This document shows positions 1 through 12,246 of a DNA stretch of 39,040 nucleotides, piece by piece. The stretch lies in contig NKIB01014986.1 in NCBI GenBank assembly GCA_002256025.1, positions 1-39,040 on the forward strand. The letters are read 5' to 3'. Positions within the stretch are counted from its first letter, which is position 1. Every line of letters starts with the position of its first letter. This stretch comes from Asterionella formosa. Its lineage: Eukaryota. Both the position numbers and the translations under genes were made by a program. The notes beneath the pieces are model-generated. The model searched no databases. It was not told the origin of the DNA and saw nothing but the letters and a program-made list of their open reading frames with translations.

Positions 1-790
1 GGGGGGGGGGGTCAGTCCTATGACCTCCTGCCACATATCTAGCCTTGCGCGTGAAGTCCATCTTGAGATCCCAGACTATATGTCCCGGGATCTTCTTGTA
101 ACCAGGAACGTGGGTTGCCTTTTCTGGCTGAACTTCAAAAGCTATCATCACTGCAGACATCTCCTTGCGGAGAGCATCCATCCAAAGTTTATTACCATTT
201 TCATGGTCCAACCTTGCTGTATCGGGAATGCTACTTGGCATTTGAACCCCAAATTTAAAACCAGCTCGGTGGTGTCTACTCTGTGTTGCCTTGATGATTC
301 GTTTCTTGCGTCTTAAGACCATTGGAACCCACCAATCAAAAGCAGGCTCGGTTTCGATTTGGTTCGCTTTGGCGTATTCAGCAACTTCAATTGGATTTGT
401 TTCCTTCAGAGTCTTTAATAGGACCCAGGATGTAGATCCGTCCCTCCATTAGACTTCTAGATAACAACCAGTTGTTGTCTTCTTCTTATAATGCTTCCCG
501 TTTCGCTGGAAGTATTGATCACTCTTCTCCACAGCCTTCCTTGAATCACGGCGATGGTCCACAATTTCTTTGAAGAGTTGGTACTGTCTACCCTCCTCGT
601 CTACCTGACTGAGGAGATGCTCTGCCAATATATTGTATGCGATTTGCTGTTGCTCACCATCTAAGAATTCGACCTCATGAACCCTGGAAGCTAACCTTGG
701 AAACCTGTGCTTTCGCCCAACCAGGTTCCCGTTCGCATCCCGCTTTCGTTTAATGACCACCGCAATCATATCACCCTCCTTGTGTGGAAG
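1..790 (-). pseudogene. Integrase-RT linker and N-terminus of reverse transcriptase
   Basis: KRKRDANGNLVG..HEVEFLDG..NILAE; KTTTG..LEV*WRDGSTSWVPLKTLKETNPIEVAEYA; FKFGVQMP; EMSAVMIAF; RKARYVAGGH. In-frame stop at 449-451. Confidence 0.85.
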
Positions 791-909
791 TATGACCTGA
801 TCCTTAATTAGTGGATCGAAACTTGGACTATTGGGATCTTCTTCCAGATCTTCATCTGTAGGGAGAATGCCATCAGGGGTAGCCTCGAAGATCTCTTCTT
901 CAGGCTCAT

Positions 910-2553
910 CTACCTCAGACTGGAGGATAGCATCATCCCAACATGCTCCTTTATTCTAGTCTCAAATTCTTTCATTTCATCTCTCAGCGTTGGATACTTT
1001 AAATAATTATCATTGACAATCGGCCTCACAGTCGACTGAGCGATGTACCGCCCATTCACCTTAAGTACATAGTAACATAAAGCTTGCCCAACGCTCTTGG
1101 AGGGGCCAAGGAGCCATCTCCCGAGTTTCCGTTGGGCCAGGCCACTCTCGTCCATATCATTGGGATCATAGTAAATCACAAACTGATAGAAATAGAAATC
1201 TGTATACTCCGAAATGTTGGGAGTCGCTTTCACCTGTCATCACTTTGTATGGAGATCGACCCTCAAGTGCAGGTATAGACATGAGCTCACAGATGTTGGA
1301 GGTATATTCTGCTGCAAAACAACATAGGATGTCTGGACATCTGTACCTATTCATGATGCGACACCAATGCGTCTTGAATTGTCCAATCTCGCTCTCAGCT
1401 CTGCTGTACATCCAGGGACTGTGAGGCTCTGTTGTTGTGCAAGGAACCAAGTGGGTCTTCCGGACTCTCTCAAACTCTGTGAAGTCCCCCGTTTCCGCAC
1501 CTGCATTGTCTGAGTGGATACCTAGTTCTGGAATTCGATATTGCCAGATGGCTTCATTGAATCTATCCCCACAATCTGCCTCAGAGCGCATTGGATACAC
1601 CTTGGCCCAACACTGATCGTTACAGCAAAGTTGTACACATGTGTGTCCCCTCACCGACTTCACCTTGTCCTTGGGAAACATGGTATCAGTATACCACCTA
1701 GTACAAAGGTGATGGTATCGTAACTGCCCTTGACGGGTACGAAACCGGCGGGAGAACTCTTCCATTTGTGGGTAAAACCGTACTGCTCTTGTTGTAGATG
1801 CCTGCAGGGTAATCGCTGCAGTTGCCAAACTTGTCCCCCATCGTTGGGCCAGTGTGGCTGCGTCCACAGTTGAGCGGCGATCTGTGCTGGAAGTGGCTCC
1901 AACACAGTGCACAAATGTCGCCAAGTGTGCTAAAGAACTCCCCAGTCGCATCTCCACGAAGCAACATTTTCATAAACCTTCTCGAGGTTGGCAAAGGACT
2001 GCGAATAAGGGTCCCATGCTGCCTCGGAAGTAAATGTGATGTGCCGATACTTGACTAGTTCATCGTTGGTAGGGAGGCGAGTAGTGAGATAGCTGATGCA
2101 TCCATGGATCTTGAATGGGAGGAAAAGGTCTTGTTCTGGAACGTAAATTCCGTGCAAAGACTTTCCTTGGGAATATTGCTTGGGGCAGGTGTCGACAACA
2201 ATACCATAGTATGCTCAACACTGATAAGGGTTGAGGAGTGAATCGTCTAAACACTTGCCAAAGTAAAGGCCTTCATTCCAGACACCACCAATGATGGTTT
2301 CCTGTACCCCTTCTAGGTCAATTGCTGTTGCACATGTGCCAATTGAAACATCCGAAAAGGATCCAAGCTCCCCAGAGAAGCCCTGAACATCTGCCACTCG
2401 ATCGCTTTGCTCTAGTAGGTGGAATTTTTTCCCAAAGCAACATGTGTTGGCTCTGGATTCCCCTTCCAGACGAGCTGTGACCTTAAAGTCATTAGGATGC
2501 TGTATGACTAGTCCCTTTCCAACTTTGTAGCCCACTTTACAGTGAGTCACCAC
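910..2553 (-). pseudogene. Protease and integrase region of copia pol, multiply frameshifted
   Basis: WYTDTMF, WAKVYPM, IHSDNAG, TEPHSPW..RAESEIG (DDE core), GRSPY, PNISEY, LGRW(L)LGPS..VGQALCYYVLKVNG. Confidence 0.9.
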
Positions 2554-4380
2554 TCCAGCAAGCTCCCTACGGGTGCTGCTTGTTGAGCTGACCTTTTGCT
2601 TCTTGGTTGGGTTCTCAGAATGCCTATTCCGAGAGTTGCAGCCAAATGATGCAGAAGCAGCGTCACTTGCATGTGGCTGGGACCTTCAGTCGCATCATCT
2701 TCAGAATCGACTTGCTCATTGTCATGTCCTTCACTCGATACCGATTTAACAACACGACCTTCCTCTTTTTTTCGATCCCTGAGCAGATAGCTCACATATT
2801 TGCTCCCAAGTTTCCCTCCAGCTTTCTTCACTGCCTCAATTACATTATCTGGAATATAATTGTTCTCGCCCTGTTGTTTCTTATCGCATATTCCTTTTCC
2901 TTTCTCGGAATCCTTTCTCTTAAATGCTTTGATTTTTGATTTTAGTTTCTTGATTTGCCGATTTGGAGTGCTATTTTGACCATCATCACCTGTCTGAGTT
3001 AATGTGCCAAGTAGCGCCATGTGTTTTCCAATCTTGGCCAAGGCATGAAGAAGAATTTTCTTTGCCTTTTTGTCAGTAGCAACAATCTCAGCTGCTATGC
3101 CTTTGGTTTTTTCATAGAGAATCATGCTGACAAGATCACAAACTTGGGTATGCTTGTCCACTCCAGCCTTCATGCTTTCAAGATCTTGGTGATGACTCAA
3201 CAAGGTGTTGCTGAACTTATCCCAGGATGGGAGGTTTTTCGTTGCCCTATACTGTAACGCTTTGAGTTTGTTCCTGACTTCTTGAACCCTGGTTTCATTT
3301 TTGGAAGTACTCTGATATTGAGAATGCATGCTGCTCAAAAATGCAGACCGCCCATCCCCAGGGGATTTTCCTTGAGTGTACTGAGGCGCAGCCATCAGCA
3401 AGGGCAATTTCTAACATCTGACTGACCGTGAAGTTATTGCGGTCTAATCTTTTGCCCAAGAGTGTGGTACCCTTGATCTGACGTCTAATAGACAACTCTT
3501 CTTTCCTTGCTCTAACAATAACATAGAGTAGAGGATATCCTTCTTCATTTCTAGAGTTGGAGAGATAAGCTCTCCAATTTATATTGAAGGTCTTATAAGA
3601 AATCTGATTGCCATTAAAAGTAGGCAGGGTTGGCCCATCCTTGGCACCCCCCACAGATCTCTCTTTAGTTGTGCCCTCTCTTTCCTCCTGATTGAGTAAA
3701 GATGCAAGAGCGTCATCATCAAACTTGGTGAGATTCACGAGGCCAAGGTTCCTACCTGCCTCTTGTTTCTGTCGAAGCCATCGATGTAAAACCTTAATGC
3801 ATTGAATAAACAGGACCCGAAGTTCTGTCAACCATTTATAATGAAAGAGTTTGTCCAAGGCATCTTTATCGAAAAGGCGTGCAAATGATTTCGCTGAGAC
3901 CGCCCCATTATCTATCACGATATCTGCTTGGGTTGGGGTGAGTCCAAAGGTGATCAATTTCTCTCGAAATCGCGGCTCTGCCACCAACACACCAGTAAAC
4001 TCAATGAACACCACTTGAGCCATGGCAAGTTGATCACCAACTGAAACGCCCGATGGATTGTCATTGTCATTGTCGCTTTCGTTGCCTTCACTATCGCCTT
4101 CACAATCGCTGGGGTTGTCTGCCGGTCCAGAGGAACTGTCACTCTGACTCCAATCGCTTGATTGCTGCTGGTCTGGTGCGGGGAATCGGACCTCCTGAAT
4201 CACTTTAGGCCGCATTCCCACAACTCCTTCCGCCTCAACAAGCAACATCATCTGGCGGCTCCAGAAGCTCATCTTCTCCCTGGGCTGCTCGAATTTGCGC
4301 TCTTGTGGCTCGTAGAGCTGCAATGACACGCTTCGAGACCCTACCACCCTGTCGAACCCTCTGCTTGGTTCTTGGTGATA
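2547..4380 (-). pseudogene. Frameshifted gag of the copia element
   Basis: PTLPTFNGNQISYKTFNINWRAYLSNSRNEEGYPLLYVI and GDGRSAF...HSQY...KLKALQY resemble copia gag; frame break near 3360. Confidence 0.7.
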
Positions 4381-4980
4381 TGATGATAATGACCCCAACA
4401 CTGAACAACGATGCGCAAAAGCGGACTCCCAGAACGCCGAAACAAACGTTGCTCGCTGGCCAGCAGTTTTCCCTTCGAATATTATAACAATCAACCAATA
4501 AAAGCTACTGAAGAGGCTACGTTGGTCTGATAAACCGACTAATTCTCCTATCAAACAGGCGATGGGGAGAATACTGAACCTAATGCTGCAATTAGCGCTA
4601 TCAAAGGGTACCACATAAAAAAGAAGAAGTGATCACAGAGCAATATCCAACACAACTTGTTGGATGGGAAAAACTCAACATATTCCAGACAAGGATTACC
4701 CACTCAAGGATGACCAAAATGCATGCTGGTCCTACAGGCTGCTAGTACCAGGCACCTGCATGTCAGAAGACAGACCTCGCAGGACTACACTTAATGGTTT
4801 TCCCCATTGAGCATACACCCAAGACACCCTGAGGTATACCCAGAATTTACCATTGACGGATGATTTTGTACTCCCTTTTTGGTTGAAAAATCAACTCTGA
4901 TTAGTCGTAGAAAGGCTGGGATGTGCGTGATGATGCATAAAAAATGCACCTGAAGATGGTGATACCTGGTACTCCGCTTA

Positions 4981-5004
4981 CCGGCAAGTTGCGGTAATTT
5001 TGCT
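4981..5004 (+). mobile_element. Solo terminus of MITE family B (CCTGCAAGTTGCGGT-type TIR)
   Basis: TA|CCGGCAAGTTGCGGTAATTTTGCT matches the TIRs at 13641-13736 and 28413-28615; no partner end found. Confidence 0.6.
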
Positions 5005-6957
5005 ATACAAACAGTATGCATACTTTAGTGCTACATATGTCATTGTGCTGTCAATGGTGATTCCAATTCCAAATTGATTCTTGTGTATCTTTTTTTATTT
5101 TTTATCTAATAAACCACCCAACCGCATGGTTGTTTGGAATTGATTGTAACTTTAATCTGATTTTGCCTGCAATATTGAGACCTATCTTTTTACTTATTCT
5201 GCCAGTTGGTACCATAGCTAGGATTTGCTCAAGAATGTTTGACCATTTTGATTTAAGTATTAATTTCCCTTAATCTGTGATGTCATCATTTCAACCCAAA
5301 TGCCATCACAGCCGCATACCTACATAACGCTGTAGTTAAGGAGCGATACAACATACTGGTAATCACAAGGTGAAGTACTAAGCAATGTATTGCCCATGAA
5401 ACATGCAATATATCATACACCTTTTGATGGATTCATGTACAGGGCACCCGTGGTAGCCCACATAGGCACTATAATGTAATTATTGAACTTAGATTATGCT
5501 TTTTCTCAATTTAAAACTCTACGGTGTAGTCATTATGAACGGCTGGAGAGCGAATATTGCAAAATGTTGTTGTCTCAGCCTTGACCATGACAAAGATAGC
5601 AAATAACTTAATGAAAAATCAGAACGACTATATTTGGTATGTACAATAACGACATCATCGACAATACAATCAAAACAATTATGCTGATGACACTGATATT
5701 GACATGTTACGAGGAGCTTTGACACTTTTACAGTAACTACACAACAAGTAAGACTACGACTACAACTACGTCGATAACATGAAGAATTGGAGCAACAGAT
5801 TTTAAACAAGTTATTTTTATCTGCTGAGCGAGAATTGATTGATTACTAATTGGCAGGTTGTATAGTGGTGAAAGCTGACAAATGTCAAGTATGCTGTCAA
5901 AACTACTAGAAATGCCCTATAGTTAATGTTTGGCAGCCCCTTCATGCAGCATACATGTGAGTGCTTACAGGAGTACAGAACATCATTATGAAATAATGCT
6001 ACACATAGCGATCCACTATTATTACCAGCATATTGTTGACATAGTACGCACTGGTAGACTAATGCTGGTAAATCTCTTTCCTTCTGTAGTGAGACATGCA
6101 GTCATGTACATATGAATTAAGGACTCTGCATGCTTGTCTACAAAGTTAAAGAAAAATATTGCTTAAAGTTGTCTTGATTAAAGTAGATTCCATCATTTGC
6201 TTAAACCTAAATAGTCTTTCAGTACTTTAACCCAAAATAAAACGATTTGGAAAGTAAAATGGCTGTTGATCCAGACTAGTACAATGCTAGTAAGACACCA
6301 AAGATGCTAGTTGTTCTTTGACAGGAATGGGATTTAGGATAAGAGGACAAAAGCCAGCAAGGCTATTTACAAGGGTTGAAAGGAGTAGACTGAAATTTAT
6401 TTACTGCTGGTGCAAAATTCTGTGGGACACAGTTGCAATGCTAGTTTGTGCTGGTTATACTACTCCTGCAAACACAGCAAGAAATGGACCGAATTTATGA
6501 GCCATATGGCCAAGACCAAACAGTGAGCGACATACATACTCATGCATCTGATACAAGATTGTTGCACTGGTGGGCATTCACTACTGTCTGTTTAGATAAT
6601 TTCATTGAAATTTTAAAATTTGCAATCTCTTTAGTATTTACTATGCTTGTTTCTTAGTACCTCAATTGTTATTAACTATTTTATCTACTAGTCGTTTCAT
6701 GGTTTGCATGTTAACATGCATATTACTAGAAAACTGGGGAGGTAAAACAAGGGATTTCATTTCATGACAAAACTATAAGAGGTGATGGTATTACCCACTC
6801 TATACAAGGCAGGATATATACTGAGCTTTGTCGAAGATGCTAGTTAACTACCACTGCACTACATAGCGACGACTTTATGTACCAGGTACCTTTTACCCAG
6901 TCTAAACGAGTATCGGTAGATCGCTACATAGATAGTAATTTTTTGTCAAAGGTGCTA

Positions 6958-7832
6958 CCAGTAAAAAACTGCATTGACCCACTGTTTTATCCCATTCGTT
7001 TGATTAATTCGACTAACACTTAGCTCCCCTCTCTCTGAAATCTGTTCGGAAGTATTGATGGCATAAGGCGTCGGTACATTAGCATCCTTTTCCTAGTTAA
7101 ATTGAACATATGGTTCAGAAGACATTTATATACATCTAGACGTAAAATTCAGTCTCAGTAGGTCAATGCAGTATATGAAATTTTTCCTGCAAGTAATTTT
7201 ATATTTGTTGGTGAACACGGATTATCCTCTTTGGTTCAAAGCGAAAAGACAGAAAATGCATGATGCTCCATACATGATACCGGTACATTGCACAGGTACC
7301 GGTACCAGGTACCTGGTACCATTCCTGTTACCTAGTACCAGGTACAACAGATGTACAGTATCAGTTTTGTGCACAGCCATGGGTACATATTTATAGGTAC
7401 CAGGTACAAGGTACTCCGTACCACTTATGCTGGTCTGCCTTCATAGATACTGGTATTACACGACCTCACCGGGTTTCATCAATTTTTATTTACTTAATTA
7501 TTATTGACAAGGTTATGGATAAGACACAAAATGCGAGAAATTTACACCCATCGTTGTACACAATATAAGATGAGAACTCCAAACTTTGGAATAATCTGTG
7601 CTTTTCACTTTTTTCCCGATCGCCACTTTTGACCTAAATTAACGAAAGATCGACGTCCAATCGGTTGAGAACTAACAGTATGACTCCATCCATTATATGC
7701 ACAAGATACATTCTGGAGCTTACTAAGAAATAGAAAATGAATGATTTTTCATAACAAAACGTGTTTTTATACCGTCAGTGCGTCAATGCAGTTCGAAATT
7801 TTTCCGAGTGGGTCAATGCAGTTTTTTACTGG
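6958..7832. mobile_element. MITE A, non-autonomous Tc1/mariner-type element, 875 bp
   Basis: Perfect 26-bp TIR CCAGTAAAAAACTGCATTGACCCACT (6958-6983; reverse complement 7807-7832) flanked by TA on both sides (6956-57, 7833-34). Internal partial copies GTCAATGCAG..GAAATTTTTCC at ~7162 and ~7782. Confidence 0.92.
7278..7422. repeat. GTACC(A/T)G palindromic array inside MITE A
   Basis: GGTACCGGTACCAGGTACCTGGTACC, TACCTAGTACCAGGTA, GGTACCAGGTACAAGGTACTCCGTACC. Confidence 0.85.
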
Positions 7833-8156
7833 TACCGTTACTCCATTAACTTAAACAGTGCACAACATACCTACGACTATATGTAACAGTACCTAGTACC
7901 AGGTACCCAGTTGACCCTGTATTCAAGTATATGTACATCACGAGCTTTGTCGAAGGTGCTGAAGGCAATACATGCACGAGGTGGTCTCTTGTCTGTGAGT
8001 AGTACTATACATGTGTTCGAGGCTGGGTGGCATGAGTAGGTTGACTGTACAAGTGGCGCCCCCCGCGCTGCGAGAAGGTCACCCTACGAGTGCCATCCCA
8101 GTCGAGTACACATGTATATAAGAAGGCAAGTAGCCGCTGAGAAGGGTATTGTTGAG

Positions 8157-8968
8157 GCAATTCCCGCTCTAGCTATCGTCCCGTCATTCGCTTACCTACT
8201 GCCCACAAATAAAGCATAAATGTCAATTCTAGCCTACTATTGCCCATCATATAAAATATATTTTGTATATTTCCTATCTTCACCTCGAAAATTGCCAAAG
8301 GTCTGATATTGCTAGGGAGAGTCAATAGTGCTGGAGCAGCATGGAGATCACGCTTGCTCAGAATGGAATGATCAGGGTTGCTTGTTTGCTTAGTGGGCGG
8401 CGGGGAGGAATGACTATGGCGGAAATACTGCTACTGGTGTCAGGCTACTACAGCGATGCGCATGGTTGCAGCAACCAGACCATTGACGCTAAATAACGAT
8501 GCAGGTCTACATTGGGTTGAGCTTTTCTTCTTCTTCTTCTTCTTCTTCTTTCGGTCTTCGATTGTATAGTAATGGAAAGTCAATGTTGCCTGTGTAAGTA
8601 CTACAATGATTCACAATGCATATGTCTCCATTGGAACTCTTATTTTTAATTTCCTTTCTAACCCAAATTTTTTTCTATTTCTCATTTGGCTGATGCTACT
8701 TATTACATCGCCATTTCATACTTTGGTTGCTCCAAACATCATGTTCAACTTTCATTGATGTTGCATGTTACAATCATTCTCGTGTGTTTTACGCTTGTTG
8801 TACCATCTCTATGCATATTACCGTTATTCTGGTTGTCATGCTAAAATCGGCAATTTTATTGCCGAAAAATTCGATGTGCCCCATATTGCCCTTAAATAAA
8901 AATTACTTAGAGCCTAAAAATTACTTAGAAGTACCCGAATGGCAAGACAATGGCTGAGCGGGAATTGC
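8157..8968. mobile_element. Degenerate TIR element (MITE C), ~810 bp
   Basis: Left GCAATTCCCGCTCTAGCTATCGTCCCGTCATTCG versus reverse complement of right end GCAATTCCCGCTCAGCCATTGTCTTGCCATTCG; first 13 bp identical; no clear TSD. Confidence 0.7.
8525..8550 (+). repeat. (TTC)n microsatellite, about 8 units
   Basis: ttcttcttc run read directly. Confidence 0.95.
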
Positions 8969-10058
8969 TAATTAACTACCAGTGCAGTACACAGCCACGA
9001 CTATGTGTATGGCAACAGAAGGTTGCGCTGAGAGTTGATTATTTTTCGGGTACGTTCGTAGTTCTCGTGCTATTAGGCCTGGTACAAACCATTATTTTTT
9101 AAATATAGCTAAATATTTTTGCGCAATGAATCTCGTGTTATGACGAATATTGCCATGTTAATTGCGTTAAGTCGCTTATCTTTGCTACCCTTCAGCACCT
9201 TGTGTTTTGCAATATTACATTAGAATCGTGATTGTAGCGGCAATAGGAAACATGTCCGCAAAACAGAAGATGGCAAACTTCCAGTTGCTTGGGAGATATT
9301 TTTTTATTGGTGATGGTAGTCATCACCTGTAATATTTGGGCACTGGATTCCGGCTGAACTCCTCATTCACTACATTAAGCAACAATACAACATTGGAAGA
9401 AACATGATATGAACTACGCAAACATTGATGAAATGCATGAACAAGTGCTACCCTTAGATGTCATATGATCTCAGTACAATCACCATTCCAAGTGGCACAA
9501 CAATGATGGACTTCATCAATAAACGAGCCAACTGTCAAGTCATGAGCATCTGTTACAACTTTTTTGTTGAGACTTCTACTACTGCTCCTTTTTTCTCCAA
9601 GAACAGTAATGATGCATCTTTTCTTAATAGTGCATCACAAAGCCGCTATTAGGGGGATCAAGGCAAATTCAAACTGGAGAGGTGATGGAATATTTTGAAG
9701 TTGGATCACTGAACAAAGAGCCAAGCTGATGCATTCAAATGAAGCTGATGATCCCTCAATTGAATACCTAAATCAACCTCAATAAGAATCAAAAATTTCT
9801 GTTTTTATAGAGCAAGAGCAGGCTCATCCAAACATAGATTATTGGAAGTCATCCACCAGGTGGCTGGCTGAGGTCAGCAGACTACTATTTGTTTCCAAAG
9901 CAAAGTATGGAGATAAGCCAAAGTCAAAGGATTTTTATTTGCATAATTGAGCTTTTCGAAACAATCAATAGAAATCCCAACCATTGGAAATTGTTTGTGG
10001 AAGAGAGAGATGCTTAAAAGCATTGTTCAGACTTAAAAAAATTTGATATGCAAAAAAC

Positions 10059-10298
10059 TTTTTCTGTTCGATCAATTGAATTTATATGTCTCAGGTTGTG
10101 ACAGCACTTTACACAGATCAATATACTATGTTTGTGTAAAAACTTGTCTTACATATTTTTCAAATGTTATTAATTTAGCTAAATTTTTGTTATATTTGGA
10201 ATTTTTTTGATAGACCAATTTTTTCTGTTTGATCAATGGAATTCATATCTCAGGCTATGAATTTACACATATCACTTCATGTGTATGTAAAAACTTGT
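10059..10298 (+). repeat. Diverged direct repeat, two ~80-90 bp copies 160 bp apart
   Basis: TTTTTCTGTTYGATCAATKGAATT..ATAT..CTCAGG..TTTACACA.ATCA..ATGT.T.TGTAAAAACTTGT at 10059-10147 and 10219-10298. Confidence 0.75.
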
Positions 10299-11220
10299 AG
10301 CGGATGATTAGATTTTGATTTTTGTGCATTGATTCTTTCCTTGCCATTCCAATTTGAACACTTTACATGCTTTGATGTATTTCATGTTGTATTTCTCTCT
10401 CCTCTCTCCATGACTACTTACCAAAGATTTCCGAAATTGTTGGAGTGACTGGGAAGCAAAGTAATTGAACAGGTAGAGGAGACAATTGATTTATCCAGTA
10501 AGGATCTGGTACAATTGAAAAGTTTTTGATGAAGGAATTCATAAATATTTACATGAAAGACAAGAAACAATGAAACACGTCAATTAAATAATCGGAAAAA
10601 TCAGTGTGAGAAGGCATTGTAGCTAGTACCAGGTAGGGCTCAAATGATTATATGCCAGTTAAGTATATAATTGTCCATGTATTAGAAGCAATGTTCGTAT
10701 TGCCCACTTATGTTTAATACCATGTCAGAGCTCAAACTCGCTTTGAAGTAATTACAGTCGCGCGTACGTTTCAAGAAGTACGCGACCTTCGAAGAAGAAC
10801 ACGCAACTAGAATTTCGTAAGACATTTGGAAAAAATACATCGAGGTCTTGGCACGATTCCACGTTTCTAGCGAGAAAGTACGGAAGTTCCCTTACCGGTC
10901 CCTTATGGTACCTGGTACCAGGATCTGCAAAAAAGAAAAACATAATTCTCAGAGTAATTTATCCACATGTTCATGTATACAAATAAAATACATGGTACGC
11001 AATGATGACGGCTATAGCAATGCTGTATATAGAAAAGCACTATCGGTAATGCGCAATACATACATAAAAACGATTACCGGTAATAAATCAAAATATTCGC
11101 CAATGTACGCCTATGTAGTACGGTAATGGTACGCAAAACTGAAACAAGCGATCATAATAAGCAGATGATAAGAGTTGTGAGGGAATCGACAATAACGGAG
11201 AAGGACGCAGTGATACGTCG

Positions 11221-12177
11221 ATGAAGCACTGTTTGTTTCTCCTCTTCGTCGCGATATTAGCACCGTTGGTTTCCTCGTTGTCACCATCATCAGCATTGTC
11301 CGCCAACCAAAAGAATCTTGTGATTCTGGGACTGGGAAATGTCGGTCAAGCCCTATTCCATCAAGTCACAGCATCCGCCACTTTCTCGGTGCGATGTGCC
11401 ACGCGCAATCCCCAGGAGGACTCCGTCCTTACGTTAACTTGGGAGCACCTCGAACAGTTACTACCATATTGCACGCATCTTGTGATAACAATACCTCCCA
11501 ATCCAACCATATCCGACCTGCTCCTACTCCTGTCCCACCATCCTCATCTCTTGCCCGGTTGGATAGGAGTAGTCTCCACCACTGGTGTGTACGGCAATCA
11601 CGATGGAGCATGGGTCACAGAAGACTCTCCCCTCCAAGGGGCACTCCCGCATCCCTATGCGACGTATGAACAGGAGTGGGCTGCCGTGGCTCCCTCCTTG
11701 GCCATCTTTCGATGTGCTGGGCTGTATGGACCGACACGGTCCGCCCTTCATACAGTCTGGAAAGAGGGCCAACCAGCAAGCAGCGCCATTAGGAATACTC
11801 CAGCTACTGGAATTACAAATCGTATCCATGAATCCGATGTGGCAAGAGCCATATTGGCGGCCATGGAGTCCGACGCTGTGGGCATTTACAACTTGGCAGA
11901 TGACGAACCGGAAAATCGAAATGTCGTTATGCAGAAGGCGGTGGAATTGCTCCGGTCGATTGGGAGGGAACCACCTATGAAAGACGAGGAGTTGATGCTT
12001 TCTAGTAGTAGTAGTAGTGGTGGCCGGGGTCGAAGGAGATCCTCAGAATCGAAACGAGTTTCGAACAGCAAGATGAAGGAGAGTTTGATTTCGGAACTGA
12101 CGTTCCCGACGTATAGAGAAGGGCTACAGTCCATTCTGGAATCAAAGGCAAATCCATGGTGGGCATTGGAATGCTAG
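11221..12177 (+). CDS. Atypical SDR / NAD(P)-dependent epimerase-dehydratase family protein (YeeZ-like), probably plastid-targeted
   Basis: 318 aa. Signal peptide plus Ser-rich segment, Rossmann ILGLGNVG, STTGVYG.HDGAWVTEDSP, FRCAGLYGP, NRIHESDVA, IYNLADDEP, KRVSNSKMK, FPTYREGL. Confidence 0.88.
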   Translation: MKHCLFLLFVAILAPLVSSLSPSSALSANQKNLVILGLGNVGQALFHQVTASATFSVRCATRNPQEDSVLTLTWEHLEQLLPYCTHLVITIPPNPTISDLLLLLSHHPHLLPGWIGVVSTTGVYGNHDGAWVTEDSPLQGALPHPYATYEQEWAAVAPSLAIFRCAGLYGPTRSALHTVWKEGQPASSAIRNTPATGITNRIHESDVARAILAAMESDAVGIYNLADDEPENRNVVMQKAVELLRSIGREPPMKDEELMLSSSSSSGGRGRRRSSESKRVSNSKMKESLISELTFPTYREGLQSILESKANPWWALEC

Positions 12178-12246
12178 AATTCATAGCAAATAAATCATAA
12201 AAACTAAAGTAAAAAACCTTTTCTACAGCAGCACGTTTCCGTTTCG

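Larger units (their letters stand above)
1..4789 (-). mobile_element. Degenerate Ty1/copia (CoDi-like) LTR retrotransposon: gag-protease-integrase-start of RT, running off the left edge
   Basis: Frameshifted minus-strand ORFs in copia order: gag-like (3295-4614, 2547-3407), degenerate protease motif (LEGESRANTCCFG), integrase, then RT start (WDLKMDFTRKARYVAGGHRTDPP at ~10-75). The 5' boundary (TGTAG at 4789) is a guess. Confidence 0.9.
6827..9012 (+). repeat. Old ~115-125 bp tandem repeat (3 units) interrupted by insertions
   Basis: Unit head TTTGTCRAAGRTGCT at 6827, 6942, 7946; unit body TTAACT..CASTGCA..ACA.A..ACGACT.T.TGTA at ~6844-6881, ~7846-7885, ~8972-9009. Confidence 0.7.

Noticed and set aside
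1..11. Leading poly-G run as a regulatory or G-quadruplex feature
   Set aside because: Falls on the TDPP codons of the copia RT at the window edge; probably an expanded homopolymer or sequencing artefact.
3355..3370. Programmed ribosomal frameshift in gag
   Set aside because: The element has many other frameshifts and stops; decay or homopolymer error is simpler.
4500..4789. 5' LTR and primer-binding site of the first copia element
   Set aside because: TG start is plausible but no matching CA end, recognisable PBS or second LTR in the window.
7953..9201. 13-bp inverted match AAGGTGCTGAAGG / CCTTCAGCACCTT as TIRs
   Set aside because: Short, overlaps the tandem-repeat head and has no TSD.
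9240..10010. Decayed coding sequence, possibly a hAT dimerisation domain (IDYWKSS..LAEVSRLL)
   Set aside because: Many stops and only a vague resemblance; cannot support a family call.
10754..10795. Hairpin GTCGCGCGTAC..GTACGCGAC after TA-CAG as ncRNA or transposon end
   Set aside because: No partner TIR and no RNA family signature found.
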